A stretch of 64,000 nt of DNA from Podarcis vaucheri (Eukaryota). The stretch lies in assembly GCA_965113315.1 (NCBI GenBank), contig OZ220368.1. One strand, written 5' to 3'. Shown here in pieces: positions 23,790 through 36,526 of the stretch; position 1 is the first letter of the stretch; every line of letters begins with the position of its first letter. A program made the position numbers and the translations under genes. The notes under the pieces were generated by a model. The model saw nothing but the letters and a program-made list of their open reading frames with translations. It did no database searches and had not been told where the DNA came from.

Positions 23790-24450
23790 CAAAGGGTCCT
23801 GCTGGCTCAGATCAAAGGGCTATCCAGACCAGCATTCTGCTTCCCACAGTGGCCAGCCAGATGCCCCAAACCCTTCTCCAGCTGTTGTTTCCCGTGGGCT
23901 GGTATCCTAAACTCTGCTGCCTCTGATTCTGGAGGAAGCACTCCATCATCTTGACTAATAAGGATGAATTTGCCTAATTCCCTCTTAATGCCATGCAAGT
24001 TGGTGGCTGTTAATTACATTTTGTGGTAGTAAATTCCAGAGTTTTATTGTGTGCTGAATGAAAAACTACTTCCTTTTCTGTCCTGAATCTTCCACCAATC
24101 GCCATCATTGGATAACCCAGGGTCTGGTATTATACGTATGTGAGAGAGAGAGAGAGAGAATAAGAAAGTTTAGAAAGCCTCTTTATAAAAAGACAAATAA
24201 GGGAAGTTTATAAAATTATGCCTCATGTGGAAAACAGTACTTCCACACGAGGCACAATGTCAGAAATTTCAATTAATACTCCTCCTTATTTGCCTTCTTC
24301 TAAAGCAGCTCCAAATGTTTCTGCCTAGGAAAGGCCCTTAATTATTTTGGTTGCACTTTTCTGCACCTTTCCCAGCTATCCAGTTACCATTTTTTAGTTG
24401 TGGCAACTAGATCTGTACACAGAATTCCAAGTGTGGTTGCACCAGAGGTC
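23790..24450 (-). mobile_element. CR1 LINE 3' fragment, degraded
   Basis: Antisense CR1-type 3' sequence (CACAGTGGCCAGCCAGATGCC; TTTTGGTTGCACTTTTCTGCACCTTTCCCAGCT); boundaries approximate. Confidence 0.6.
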
Positions 24451-24870
24451 ATAGATAATCTGGATGCATGAGGCAAAATCTAGCTGTTAACTGAAGACTC
24501 AAAACACAACAGCTATTGAATTATAGATACAAATAAATAAAACGTATGGAAACATCTTAATTTCATCAACCCTCAGAAACACTTGAAGTTTTACGCCGAA
24601 TGAGCATTTTTCTTTGAGTTAAACTGAACTGAGTTAGCCAGGTAGGTTAATTCACACAGTTAATGTGCAGAAGACTGAAGAATACTAACAACCAGTTTTG
24701 TTCAAGAGAGCTTTTAATATGGCTGTTGGCTGCGGCAAGGATTTCTGTAGTGCAAAAATGGAAAGCATCACAGGAACTGAACTTCTTATTATGGTACAAA
24801 ACTATATGGAACTTAGCAATTAACTCACAATCTGAGAGTCTCCAGTGGATCTGAAATCCAGAACACTTCT

Positions 24871-25104
24871 GACAGGATTTGAGTAATGCTTGTAATGTAC
24901 GGAAAACTATGGTAAAAACGGATTATTTTTTTAAAAATAGAGAAGATAAGGGAAGCAGTTGAAAAAAGATTGATAATGGTAACCATGGAAGGGCAAAGGG
25001 GAGTCAAAGGATTCAGGAAATCCTAAATGATGATGCTGATGTTTAATGTTTGAATTTAAATTTGCAATGTAAAACTCAATAAAAATATATTTTAAAAAAG
25101 AAAA
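24871..25104 (+). mobile_element. 5'-truncated L1-type retroposed insert (3' UTR with poly-A remnant)
   Basis: Perfect 18-bp TSD GAAATCCAGAACACTTCT (24853-24870, 25105-25122); AATAAA at 25078-25083 followed by an A-rich tail. Confidence 0.8.
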
Positions 25105-26057
25105 GAAATCCAGAACACTTCTACCCCATTGGTGGAATTTTATTTCATATGCAATGAATACATATAATTCTTTCTACAATTACCAGTGTGTGAAATTTTG
25201 TCATGACAATGGTGCCTTATACACTGTTATTACTTATCTGTGTATCACCTATGTGGTTTGTTCTGTGCCTGTGTGTGTGTGTGTTTTGTTTCTTTTGCTA
25301 CAAAATTCTCTCTCTCACACAACACTAATGATAGAGCCTGAATACTCAGAAGGTATCAGGGACAGGTAAGAATTCATAGGCACTAAGGAAGTTATGCTGA
25401 TGTTAGAACCAAACACTGCTTCATATTAAGATGCAAATCTCATTCCTAAAAGATCACAATGCTGACCCAGAGACTATACTCCCAAATTCCTCTGGAGTGT
25501 GCAAATATGTAGCAGTAAAGGGGAAAGCCTGGTTTCTTCCACAAGCAACTGAGCCTTGCCCAGCAGGAAGCAGAGCTCTGATGTGGCATTCCAGTGGCTA
25601 CCTGCCCAGCGGGCAAGATTAAGTAGATGGCATTCCTGTTCCTTTGATGCAACAGGTGGGAATTCTATCTCCACAGTCAATATGACTAGGCTGCAGCTTT
25701 CGATGCTCGGGCAGGTGCAACAGTAAAGGTGCCATCATTTCTTATATACATAGTTAGAGGGAATAGCAGCCACTGCTACTTTGGAAGGAAGAGGGAGACA
25801 CAGCGACCAGGTATCCAGGGATGCCTTCGCTTGTGTTTCAACAGATGCCTCAAACATGAGGCATTTAAAATATTACAGTGCACAAAAATAAGAAGTGTGC
25901 AAAGCTTTTTACACAAACAAGATTTAAAATACTCCTCTGCAATTCACACATGGTTTATTCAATGATTTTTTTTTTAAATGCACATTAGCTAAGGCCTCCA
26001 CTTTGGATAAATCTAATCCAATCACTATAGCAGATGTAAAAAAAAAAATTCTCTTAC

Positions 26058-26218
26058 CTGTGACAGTTCAGACAGAGCCTATCTACCATACTGCATGCAC
26101 AGAAAGCGAGAGAGTCACACGTTTCATTTACGATTCCAACAAAGGCATTGGTTCCAGGTATCCTTGTCAGCCTGTATTTGGAACAGTGGCTGCCATGCAC
26201 GAGATTTGTCAGATCACC
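26058..26218 (-). CDS. CACHD1: CACHD1 exon 20: GDLTNLVHGSHCSKYRLTRIPGTNAFVGIVNETCDSLAFCACSMVDRLCLNCH
   Basis: CTTTAG acceptor, GTAAGA donor, 161 nt, phase 0-2. Confidence 0.95.
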
Positions 26219-27490
26219 CTAAAGGAGAGGAAAACGCATCAGACATATGGCAGGGAACATGTCTCCTGGTGAGGTGAAGTGTTACTACTACCACAAATGT
26301 TTCTGAAACAAAAAAGTCACGCTGCAATGAAAACCTACAGTGTTCCCTCTACTTAGGGTTGCGTAGTTCTTGTTACCGGCGCAGGGAAAGTGCTGCCAAC
26401 ACACAAAGCCCCCTTCACATGCCACAAAGGGGTTGTTAAGGGATACACTTCTTGAAGATTTCCTCACTCACCAATATACCACCGGTTAGTAAAGAAGACA
26501 CCTGGAGTGTCTTCCTTGACTTCTTATAGAAAGGTTAAACAGGAGGTGGAAACAGAATCCACAATATCAAAATCTTTTGTTTCCTGGGTATTCATTTTAA
26601 CCCTAAGTTGATTCCCACCCCCCAGCCCCTGTGGACTCAGTTTATACTATTTCCTCAGTTATCATGAAGGAATTTAAAGTATCCACTCAGCACCAAACTA
26701 GTTATCAGAACCAACCATTCATTTTAATCATTTAAAAAAGGGTTATTATAAGCAAAACCAAATAATGCAGTTTCTTTTTGAGAGCTGAGTTCAGTGGTGG
26801 CTTGACCTTGAGGGGTGACCTAGGGGGGCACTGGAGGCTGGACCAGTTTGGTCTGGTTTTCTCCTCAACCTGCTTCCTTGCAAAGTTACTGTGGACGCTT
26901 AAGCCGTGAATCTAACTGAACTCAACCCTGAGGGAGGTTAGGCTGAGAGACTCCTCCTCAAGTTCAACCCCGCCCTGCCCCCACCAACCTAGGAGGGCAA
27001 GGATGATGGTTGGACCTGCTAGCCACAGTGATGCTTGTGATTGACTGGGCTGTTCACAACTGTGATTGGCTAGCAGAGTTTATGGACAGGAATTATAGGA
27101 AGTTAATGAATCTGAGTGTGTGCGGGAGGAGAGAGAGCTTTGGATTTTGGGGTGCACACAAAAAGGTGCTGTTCCTGAGTGACCAGCCTCCTCTGTTCTG
27201 TTTTTGGTTTATTTTGTGTTTGAAGTTTATGTGAAGCTACTGTAAAATTGCAAATTCTGCCCCGCCGCCAGCCTTCCCAAATTGGTTGGAACAGAACAGC
27301 ACATGGGGGAATGATAGGGGAGATCGCTCCTTTGGACATGTAAAAACACTTGTGCCAACGGAACTATCATGGTAGTGTGGTATTGAATTCCACTCATGGT
27401 ATTTTACTATTTTTCATGCATCCAGCTGCAAGAAAACAAACCACCAAACAAAAACACACATACATCTCCCCTCCCACACGCCACACATAC

Positions 27491-27607
27491 CGTCAGGCTG
27501 GTATTAAATTTATAAAACCTCTGGACTGTTCTGTCACTGAAACTGTTACAAAGGTTTTTCTTCACAAAGTTTGGATGGTTTAGAATATCATTTGCCACCA
27601 GAGGTTC
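27491..27607 (-). CDS. CACHD1: CACHD1 exon 19: [39 protein letters not shown]
   Basis: TTGCAG acceptor, GTATGT donor, 117 nt, phase 0-0. Confidence 0.95.
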
Positions 27608-27734
27608 CTGCAAATAAAAAGTAAAGATTTTATTTTATATTACAAAGCAACAGCAGCTGCTAAATTAACATTTATATCTCTCTAGAGAGATGATAGATAG
27701 ATTGATAGAGATAAGTACAATGACTTAGCCAAAC

Positions 27735-27834
27735 CTTGTGTGTAATGTGTTGTTGTTCTACTGGAGCATGGCCTTTGGGGTCAATAAGAGTAGGGTGTGC
27801 CACAAGATATCCTCTGTCCTCCATAATAAAGCAC
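27735..27834 (-). CDS. CACHD1: CACHD1 exon 18: CFIMEDRGYLVAHPTLIDPKGHAPVEQQHITHK
   Basis: GGGCAG acceptor, GTTTGG donor, 100 nt, phase 2-0. Confidence 0.94.
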
Positions 27835-29361
27835 CTGCCCAACAGGGTACAATAAAACAAAACCTAGGTCAAAATACCTATAAGAGTACATTTAGCATGT
27901 TGTATGTTGAGAGCAATTTTGCAGAAACAGCTGTGGAGACAAATACAAATTACAGACTTTGGTACGAGGTGAATTCTGCACATTCCCATTCACTGAAGCA
28001 GAGACTTTGTAGTCTTACATGTCTGAAAATCCTGAAAATCTGTCACGAAATAGATGCAGCTAAATGGTAAGCGAAGTTTCTGAAGCCACTGGAAATTCAG
28101 TGCCCTACACTGCTTCTCCCCCATCACCACAACTAACACAAGCAAAATAAACAAATACATGGAAATGAGCTTAACTTTCATAACGTACAGGTCACAAAAA
28201 AATCTACTTTTCGCTGGCATTTGGATTATAACGGTACAGTTTTAAATTTTCAAGAGCATTGTCCACAGAACTCTGCTTTTTGAGACTTTTGAGGGACCAT
28301 TCTGAAGGTATTTAAGAGCCAGGTGTTGATAGCTGGTAGCCAGGACAGAAAGGTAATCAGAATCCATGAGCAACCAGAGAGTAGAGTTGAAGAAAACGTC
28401 AGGAGTCAAGACCAAGAAGTAATCAGGATTGGAGAGCAAACCAGAAGGCAGGAGTAGAGAACAAGTCAAGATATGAATGAGCCTACTGGGTGTGCACACA
28501 ACCCTTTTGCCCCACCTTTGTGCAAGGGAATGAACAACTCAGGAAATCTTCTATTAGCTATAGTCTTCTGTTTCATCCAAAGAGACAAACCATGGTTAAC
28601 AGCTTCAGAACATGCCAGGATATTAAGCTATGATTTGGCTTAATATCCTGTTTTAATTCCTCAGTATGGATGAAACAGGAAACTGCAGTTAATTGAAGTC
28701 TTCCTGCCTTTTTTGCTGGCTCACATGAAGAAAGCAGCAAAGACGCTGGGTAAGAGCACAAAAGGCTCATTCCTATCTCTCTTTATTAAGCAACTACAAT
28801 TGTCCAAACACAATTTCTCTGATGGAGAGACCCAGTGTTTGGATACTTAGCATAATCTAAGATAGCAGACAAAAAACAATAGGAAAGTGTTTGGGTGATC
28901 ACATGTTGACTTAAGAAACAGCCAAACAAACCAGGAAATCTCCGATTAACTAGTTTTTTTCTGTTTTGTCCAAACTTAGAGACAAGGGTTAACATCTTTG
29001 GAGCAGGTCAACAATATTAAGCTGTTTGAAGATAGTTTAATGTCATATATTAGATAGCAAAGTTAGTGGTTTATGAAAGCACTTGTCATTGTTAACCAGT
29101 TAATCTCTGTGGTGCTCTGCATTTTATCTTCCTGCTACTACAGATTAAAATGGTTACTTTTTTTGGCAATTCAGCCGTTAAGAGCTTCACACATTCAACA
29201 TGATTATGCTGCTAGATTTCAACAGATTTGACAAGGATAATGAATTTAGGTTGCAATGCAATGTGTTGTTGTTTTTTTAAAAGTGTTGAGTGAGAGACTT
29301 TATTGAACAGAATTCTAAAACAGGTAAAACATTGTGAAATATGCAACTAACACACATTTAC

Positions 29362-29484
29362 CTTATTTTATTCCCTTCATCTTGGTTACAAACGGGTAGC
29401 AGGTCCATTAGAACCTTGTAGAAATACCTCAGAGTGAAATCAATGCCCATCACAGCAACCGAATGGCCTGAAGACTTTTGTGAA
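29362..29484 (-). CDS. CACHD1: CACHD1 exon 17: SQKSSGHSVAVMGIDFTLRYFYKVLMDLLPVCNQDEGNKI
   Basis: TTGTAG acceptor, GTAAAT donor, 123 nt, phase 2-2. Confidence 0.94.
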
Positions 29485-32069
29485 CTACAACAATAAAGAG
29501 GGGTGGAAAGGTCTTGAGAGACATGCTATCAAAAAAAAAAAAACCCAAAACATTTTGTGGTCATGGACATGTCAAATGAAAAGCAGACTTTGGATTCTGA
29601 ATCAGTGAGGAATCAGTCTGCTCCATGAGCTCATAAACCATGATAATGGCCTCTCACTAGATCACAGAGACAACCAATTCCCCCCTCAGAGTTAGGTAAA
29701 ATACTTAACAGAAAGAGCAACTAACACACATATCTCAGGTAAACACACATGTGGTGGTAAACAATTTTACTCTATGAAATACCACAATTTTCAATGGGCA
29801 AAAACAGTAAACTTGCACGTCAGGATAGGGAAGTAGTACATTTGTAGTTGATGCAACTAAGGGTCAGGTCTTTGTTTTTGCCCATTTCCTTCCAATTTTG
29901 ACAGAAAACAATATCAGATATGAGAAAGCCATGAGGAACTTATTAAGTTTCTCGATAATTGTGAACTTGAATCTCATTGGTCCATACCTGACTTTTTAAA
30001 AAAGACTTTAGTAAATTAAAAATTTGCACCTCCTATCACTTGCATCCTACAATATACTTGGACAGTGTAACAGCATTGTAATAAATGACCAAAAGTAAAG
30101 CATGACACCATTCTCATTGTGATGTTCAGCACCTTAACAAATCATACTGTTGAGTTCCATATTCATAAAGCTGGATTAAGATTCCTGCGAATCATGACTA
30201 ATGTAACTCAGAATCTTCCATATCATTGATAAATATAAATATAAAAGTAGATAAAATGCAAGTCAAGCAAGTAGGCAAGTAAGCTGATATGTCTCTTAAT
30301 GGAACTTTCTAGAAAATTCTGATTGCTGAACTGCATGAATGTATGCCTATGTTTAAAACACTTCCACTCTTACTGGACAAGGAGTTACGAAAGCGAGCCA
30401 GGTGCAATTAACTTAATGAAAATTCTTGTGAGAATTGGGCCATGCCTAAACGTTAACAGAGGAAACACGATTTTGTATATATCTGGCAGCTAAGTCCAGT
30501 AACACTCAAAATTTGAACCACAATTTAGTTTGTATTCTTTGGCAGTATACAATGAACTGGAGCATTTCAGCATTATTTGCATCTGAAAGTCACACACCAA
30601 TTGTTTATAACATGTTGTTTTGCTTCAAAATATGATCTGTGCCTTATGAAAGCACAGCGGAGTCTCTACGTTAAAGTACCAAGGACACATAGCAATCAGT
30701 CATAATTTTTTTGTCTTTTTAAAAATATCAGTGCTGGTTTTCATTAAAATACAGCAGTGCTAGATCAACTTTTTAAAAATCCTGAATGGTAAACAAAAAA
30801 CCAACAACAAATCCCTTGGCTCATCACAGGCCTGCAGGTCCCCTGAAGCATTACAGAAGCTACAGAAATACTTCTGCCTTCTGTGGATGGATGCTGTTTA
30901 AAGGATCAGATTCCTTTCAGCTTCTGGGGAACTGCGTGGCCTTCAGACCTTCTGCTTATTAAAATTCTTCACAGCTTTTCACTTATCCTTCCATCATGAG
31001 AAAGGGAATATGAATTCCCTGTAAAGATGTTAAAATTCCAAGAAGCTGAAAGGTCATTCCCTCCCCCCCATTAGAGTTTTCTTCTAATTCCCATTTGAAA
31101 GGTTTGGGTTTAAAATGAATATGGACCCAGCGTGACCCAGCATTTAGGTCAGAAAACTTGGACTTCAGCCTAAAATAAATCAGCTTACATTGAAGTGTTT
31201 CGACTTAACTGCTTTGTGGATAAATTATGTTTTCTGAAAAGACCTTTTTATTTATTTTTTCTTATAGTAGAAAAATTGTATGATTAATAAGGGCTGGGAT
31301 GCAATAGTTACTTCATCGTTTATTGTTAAAAATCCATGAAATTAGCCCCTTTACCGCAAACTAATCCTTTCAGAAAGTATAATTTACCCACAAACCAGTT
31401 CAGTCGGAACACTTCAACGTAAGCAGGTTTCATGCTATAGTGTAAACTTGGGTGCAATACTGTGCACCAAATGATCTGGCCCTGAATGGAACCAAGCAGC
31501 CTTTGAAATGGATAATAGAGCCACACGGCAAAATTAGTATGGAGAGAAGCAGCTTGTCGATGGACAAACATTTCTCCCAAAGAGACCACTCCATCTGCGA
31601 CCTCTTGATCTTTGTGTTAAGCATGAACCTCTAGATGAGGCACGCCGGGAATATGAAATTCATATCCACGGGGGATTTGTTACACTGCCAACTGAATATA
31701 CATTTCAGTTTCTTGGCCCTCTGTTGGTTGCAAAGATTCCCACCTGTTTAGGCACAACCAGCATCTTTCTGGATTTGGTAGGCACACCATCCTATGCTAA
31801 CTGTGCTGCTGTTCATTCCAGCCAGCTTTTAAAAAACAGTTATGGCAACACTCCAGCATGGGTCCAGGATGGACAGAATAAGACCTAAAGATCCTGGAGA
31901 ATCAAGATCACAGGCTAGTCCTTTCAGTTTCTTCCCACTTCAGCGGTACCCATGCCCAAGTGACAGTACTGCAGTGTTACAGCATTTATAACCCATCTTT
32001 CCTCCATGGAACTCAAGGTGGTATGTGTGGTTTCCCCATCCCCATTTTATCTCCTCAATAACCCTGTGA

Positions 32070-32280
32070 GCTTAAGCTTTAAGGCAACTGTTACTGTCTG
32101 CACTTTGTGTGCGACATTTACTTCCGATCTCATTATTTACTCTCTCGCCCCGCTGTTCTACAGTCACATGGATACATATCTGCCAGCTGATGATCACACT
32201 CCATGCATCTGATGAAGTAGTCTCCAACCCATGAAAATTTATGCCACAAATAATGTGTTCGGTTTTTAAGGTGTCACTCC
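32070..32280 (+). mobile_element. Penelope-like element terminal remnant containing a minimal hammerhead motif
   Basis: GCAT-CTGATGA...GAAA-ATTT-ATGC followed by ...TTTAAGGTGTCAC; appears inserted into an older SINE-like repeat. Confidence 0.55.
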
Positions 32281-33617
32281 TAGGAGGTTAAGCTAGGGTG
32301 AGAAATAAGTTTTTTTAATGTAATTTTTTGTTGTGTTTCAGAGCAAACACCCAAAAAATATACAGAACAAAACCATACTGTATTCAGAAGTCAAAACAGG
32401 ATGAGAAATAGTGACTGTTCCAAGGTGACCCAGTGAGTTAAGTGGGGATCATTCCAGTCTGAGATTCTAACCGTGATGCCAAACTGGCTCTCCCATTATC
32501 CCTTTCCATGTGACAAGAGGGGTAGGGGAGAGAGAAAAATGGGTCTCAAATTCTAGCCCAGGATCAGGTCTACTTCCCAGTAGTCTGAGAAGTTAAGTAC
32601 TGACCAGCCACATGTAGTGCAAGTCCTGTAACTTCCCAGCAGAAATGCATAATGCGAACCATAAATTTCAAATAAGAAACAAACATTGTGCCAAGCACCT
32701 CCACCACTCCTTAAAAAACCCTGATTGTGTGGAACCGCCCTAGGTTAATTCAGTGCATTCCACTACCTGAATTAAATTCTGCCAATCTGCCCTCTCATTC
32801 TCTTCATCCAATGTGTCAATTATTCTGTTTTTCAATATTACCCCCACCCCAACAATGAGGAAGTGCCCCCCTTTTTAATGGACGCTGGGGAATCTTACAT
32901 TATCAGAACAAAAACCCTCTAACACAAGAAAAATAAAAATTTGTGGACAGCCAACATTAGCTGGGTGCAATCATGATAATTTAAACTGGAGACACTATGG
33001 TTATTTGGTATGTGTTGTGTATGTTAAAGCTTAAAAAATGCAGAAGTAGTAAGAGCCGCTGTGAATAAATGATAACATCTTGCCCATATGTGGAGGTCTG
33101 CTGATACCCCTATTTTGCTCCTCAGCTCAAGACTACATATTGTTGCCTTAGCAACTGACACATCAAAGGGCCATAAAACACAGTCTCCGAGAGCCTATAC
33201 TGGCATATTTTTCACAATAATATTTAGAAGGTGGGGGGGGGGAATACCATCTCCTTGTTCTCAGACATCTGGTACCATTTCCCCACCTGTACTATATATT
33301 TTGTTTTGTTTGTTTATGTACGTATTTATAATCCACACTTTTATGAAAAACATTTCAAGGGGGAGTACAATATATGAGAATAAAATCAGTAAAAGCTTCA
33401 AGATATCCTTTTGAGCTCCATGCAATCCCTTTTTGTTTTAACAACCTTGAGGTATCATCTGCAAACGTGGCCACCTTACTGCTGCCCCCTAAGCCCATAT
33501 CATTTGTGAACACATGAATTTGATCCTTGATATTTTTTACACTCTTTTCATTGGGAGAGCTGTGCGTTTATTCCTATTCTCTGCTTCCTGTTTCTGAACC
33601 AGTTACTGATTCACAAG

Positions 33618-33999
33618 CAGGGGTGCCAAATTGAATAAAATATTGGGAGGGAGAGGTGAGGTAAGCCCCGCCCAGCATAATCAGTCACAAGACGTGGCAC
33701 ACACATACCATAGCTGTCAGCCTTCCCTTTTTTTGCGGGAAATTCCCTTATCCAGCGCCATTTCCCGCTGCTTCCCGCTGCTATCCAGGATTGTTAGATA
33801 TCCCGTAGACTGTCCCTGGGGTAGGTGAGGCTGCTGATCCCTTATTTTCAAGGCTGCTGAACCCTATTTTCAAATCTGAAAGTTGACAGCTATGACACAT
33901 ACACAACATTTGAATGGCAATACCCATCAACTTTGTGGGGGCCGCCCCCCTCAAATAATTTATGGGGGGGACTTCAGTCCTTAGGAGTTGGCTCCTATG
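33618..33999. mobile_element. hAT non-autonomous element (outer)
   Basis: Imperfect TIRs CAGGGGTGCCAA / CATAGGAGCCAA; 8-bp TSD TTCACAAG/TTCATAAG. Confidence 0.78.
33709..33894. mobile_element. hAT MITE (inner, nested)
   Basis: TIR CATAGCTGTCA...TGACAGCTATG; perfect 8-bp TSD ACACATAC (33701-33708, 33895-33902). Confidence 0.88.
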
Positions 34000-34849
34000 T
34001 TCATAAGAGGATCTTCCCTCTTATTTCTAGGTTAGTGAGACAGGGCTTACCCTCACACAAGCAATCCTGGATCTGCTTCAGCAAGATTATTCGACTACAT
34101 GCTTGGTAATTCAATGTTTAATAATGCTTTCCACAGCTTTCTCAGAACAGCCATTAAAAGCTAACCAACCTGTAATTATCCAGATCCTCCTTAGATCCCT
34201 TAAAAATGTTACTTTGCCCACTTTCCTATCCTCAGGTATGGAGACTGATTTTAGGCTCAAGTTACACAGCTTTATTAGAAGATCAGCAGTTTCACATGTG
34301 AGTTCTTAAATAATTCTTGGGAAAAATTTCATGGCTGCATGAGGCTCTAACTCTCTGCCTACAATAACACACTAGCCTGTCACCAACTGCTGCAATATGG
34401 CACCCTAACCACATGGAAGAAGCATCCATGCCATAGAAGTAGCAACTCATCTATTGGATAGGGGATGGGGAATGCAAACTTGCGCACACAACCCCTGTGC
34501 ACCTTAACAAGTCTATAAACACAAAATTAACTAAATAGCTAGGTAAAAATAAAATGAAAACACACCACACTGACACCAACTTCCACTGCCTCTTCTACTA
34601 TTATGTAGCTTCATCACCTCTTGCATTATATAGACTTGCTATACAAAAACTAAAGCGTTCACAAAGTCTAATAGCCCATGTTTTCAGATGCCACCAAAAT
34701 ACACTCTGCATGGTTTAGTTCCCTTGAACTAGAGCTTGGATACATAGCTACTCCTCCAGGAAGTTGAATCTGAGGAGATTCTTACATAAAATATTAGCCA
34801 GGTTTAATTGTGGCTCAAGGACGTTGGTCACTACCAAAAACAAATCTAC

Positions 34850-34960
34850 CTTGAAGAATGAACCGTATGACTGATGGTAACCACATAACCAGCTCCTCCA
34901 ACATCTAAGTAGGGCCCAGTGAAAGTAATTAATCCCGGATTTGCCACAGCATGGAGGTAC
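34850..34960 (-). CDS. CACHD1: CACHD1 exon 16: (W)[36 protein letters not shown]
   Basis: TCTTAG acceptor, GTAGAT donor, 111 nt, phase 2-2. Confidence 0.95.
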
Positions 34961-36314
34961 CTAAGAGAAAGGAAAATAAGCATATTTAAAGTAATAAAAT
35001 AACTCTGCATGGCAACAATGAATGCTGGGGTGGGGGTGGGGAGTTTGCAAAACACATAGAAGCTGAATTTTGCTAAAAAACACACACAGCTGAACTATGT
35101 GCAAAGTGAATTTAGCTTGCTTATGCTTTTGGGAGCCAATGTGCCTAAACTATATCAACATTTTTTTAAAGAGTAACTTCTAGTTACCGTTTTCTTTAAA
35201 AAAGGTTTTGCATGTGTACATTGATTATACTTGAGAATGATAGGAAATAAATTCCAGAAATAAAATAAATGCAACGGGTGATGTATGTTATTGTTTCAGA
35301 GATTTGCCCTTGATGAACTTCTGCACTCAAAACATGAAGGGTATTTGTTGTTTAAATAAACCTTTCTGGAAGTATCTGCAGCTTTTACTTCCTGTGATAT
35401 TTCTTGCTGCTGCAGGGACAGCCCCTTCGGGCCTGCTGCTTGGTTGTGAAATATACTGTAGGACTATCCAGCTAATTAAAACAAGGTTACTGTAACAAGC
35501 TTCTTAAGACAGACTCTTGTTGGGGAGGGGGAGAATGCAAACATTTGAGATGTAGAATAACAGGATAGCTGGAAAATGGTTATCTTATTTCTCCTGTATT
35601 TTGTTCACTGAGCAGATTTAAAAGAAGAGCGAGAGGAAAACCGCACCAGTAGACTTGACAGAAGTGATTGACAGTGTGAATAGCTCGAGGGGGAAACCCT
35701 GCATTTGGTATATAAACTAGTTTCTTGGTTGATTTGCAACCCCCACCTGGATGGCTTATTTCAACAGAGCATATGGAATGTAACACACTCAGGAGTTCCC
35801 TCATGTTTATTATCACATTTACTGTGTACACAAAACATTTTCTTAAACCATGCTTGTGCATAATTAATAGACTACTGTTAAAACTAGCATAATCTTATGT
35901 GTGGAATTAAGAGCATAAGACATCTCCAGAACTGGGGGGGGGGGGGGGAGATTGCTATGTATGCAAGAGTGAGATTCAAGATTGCCACAAGAATATGAAA
36001 TTCATAATGAGAACCTCACGAGATAAGCTTGGAAGGGATTTTATGAGGAAGGTGGATTTTAGTAACCATATGCAGATGCGTTCATTATTCACTGCTGCAC
36101 AGAAGGGCAAGAAAAAGAAGCTATCTTGGAAAACGCAAGCATCCAGTGAAATATCCACTACAGATTTATAGTACTGAATTCATCACTGTATACTATTTCA
36201 CTAGAGAAAAATTCTGCTTGTTTAGTCCACAAAGACTTTTTACGAATCCAGCACAAAATATTCTCTCACACATACAAAATTATCAACCTAGAAGGCTTTC
36301 TTAAACCTTTCATA

Positions 36315-36526
36315 NNNNNNNNNNNNNNNNNNNNNNNNNNNNNNNNNNNNNNNNNNNNNNNNNNNNNNNNNNNNNNNNNNNNNNNNNNNNNNNNNNNNNN
36401 NNNNNNNNNNNNNNNNNNNNNNNNNNNNNNNNNNNNNNNNNNNNNNNNNNNNNNNNNNNNNNNNNNNNNNNNNNNNNNNNNNNNNNNNNNNNNNNNNNNN
36501 NNNNNNNNNNNNNNNNNNNNNNNNNN
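36315..36526. other. Assembly gap (212 N), probably containing CACHD1 exon 15
   Basis: The N run is directly visible; the flanking exons are phase-incompatible. Confidence 0.9.

Larger units (their letters stand above)
33445..34023 (-). mobile_element. CR1 LINE reverse-transcriptase fragment (host of nested hAT elements)
   Basis: Removing the hAT insert restores IRGKILL*ISNWFRNRKQRIGIN; downstream VATFADDT is the RT (Y/F)ADD motif. Confidence 0.8.
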
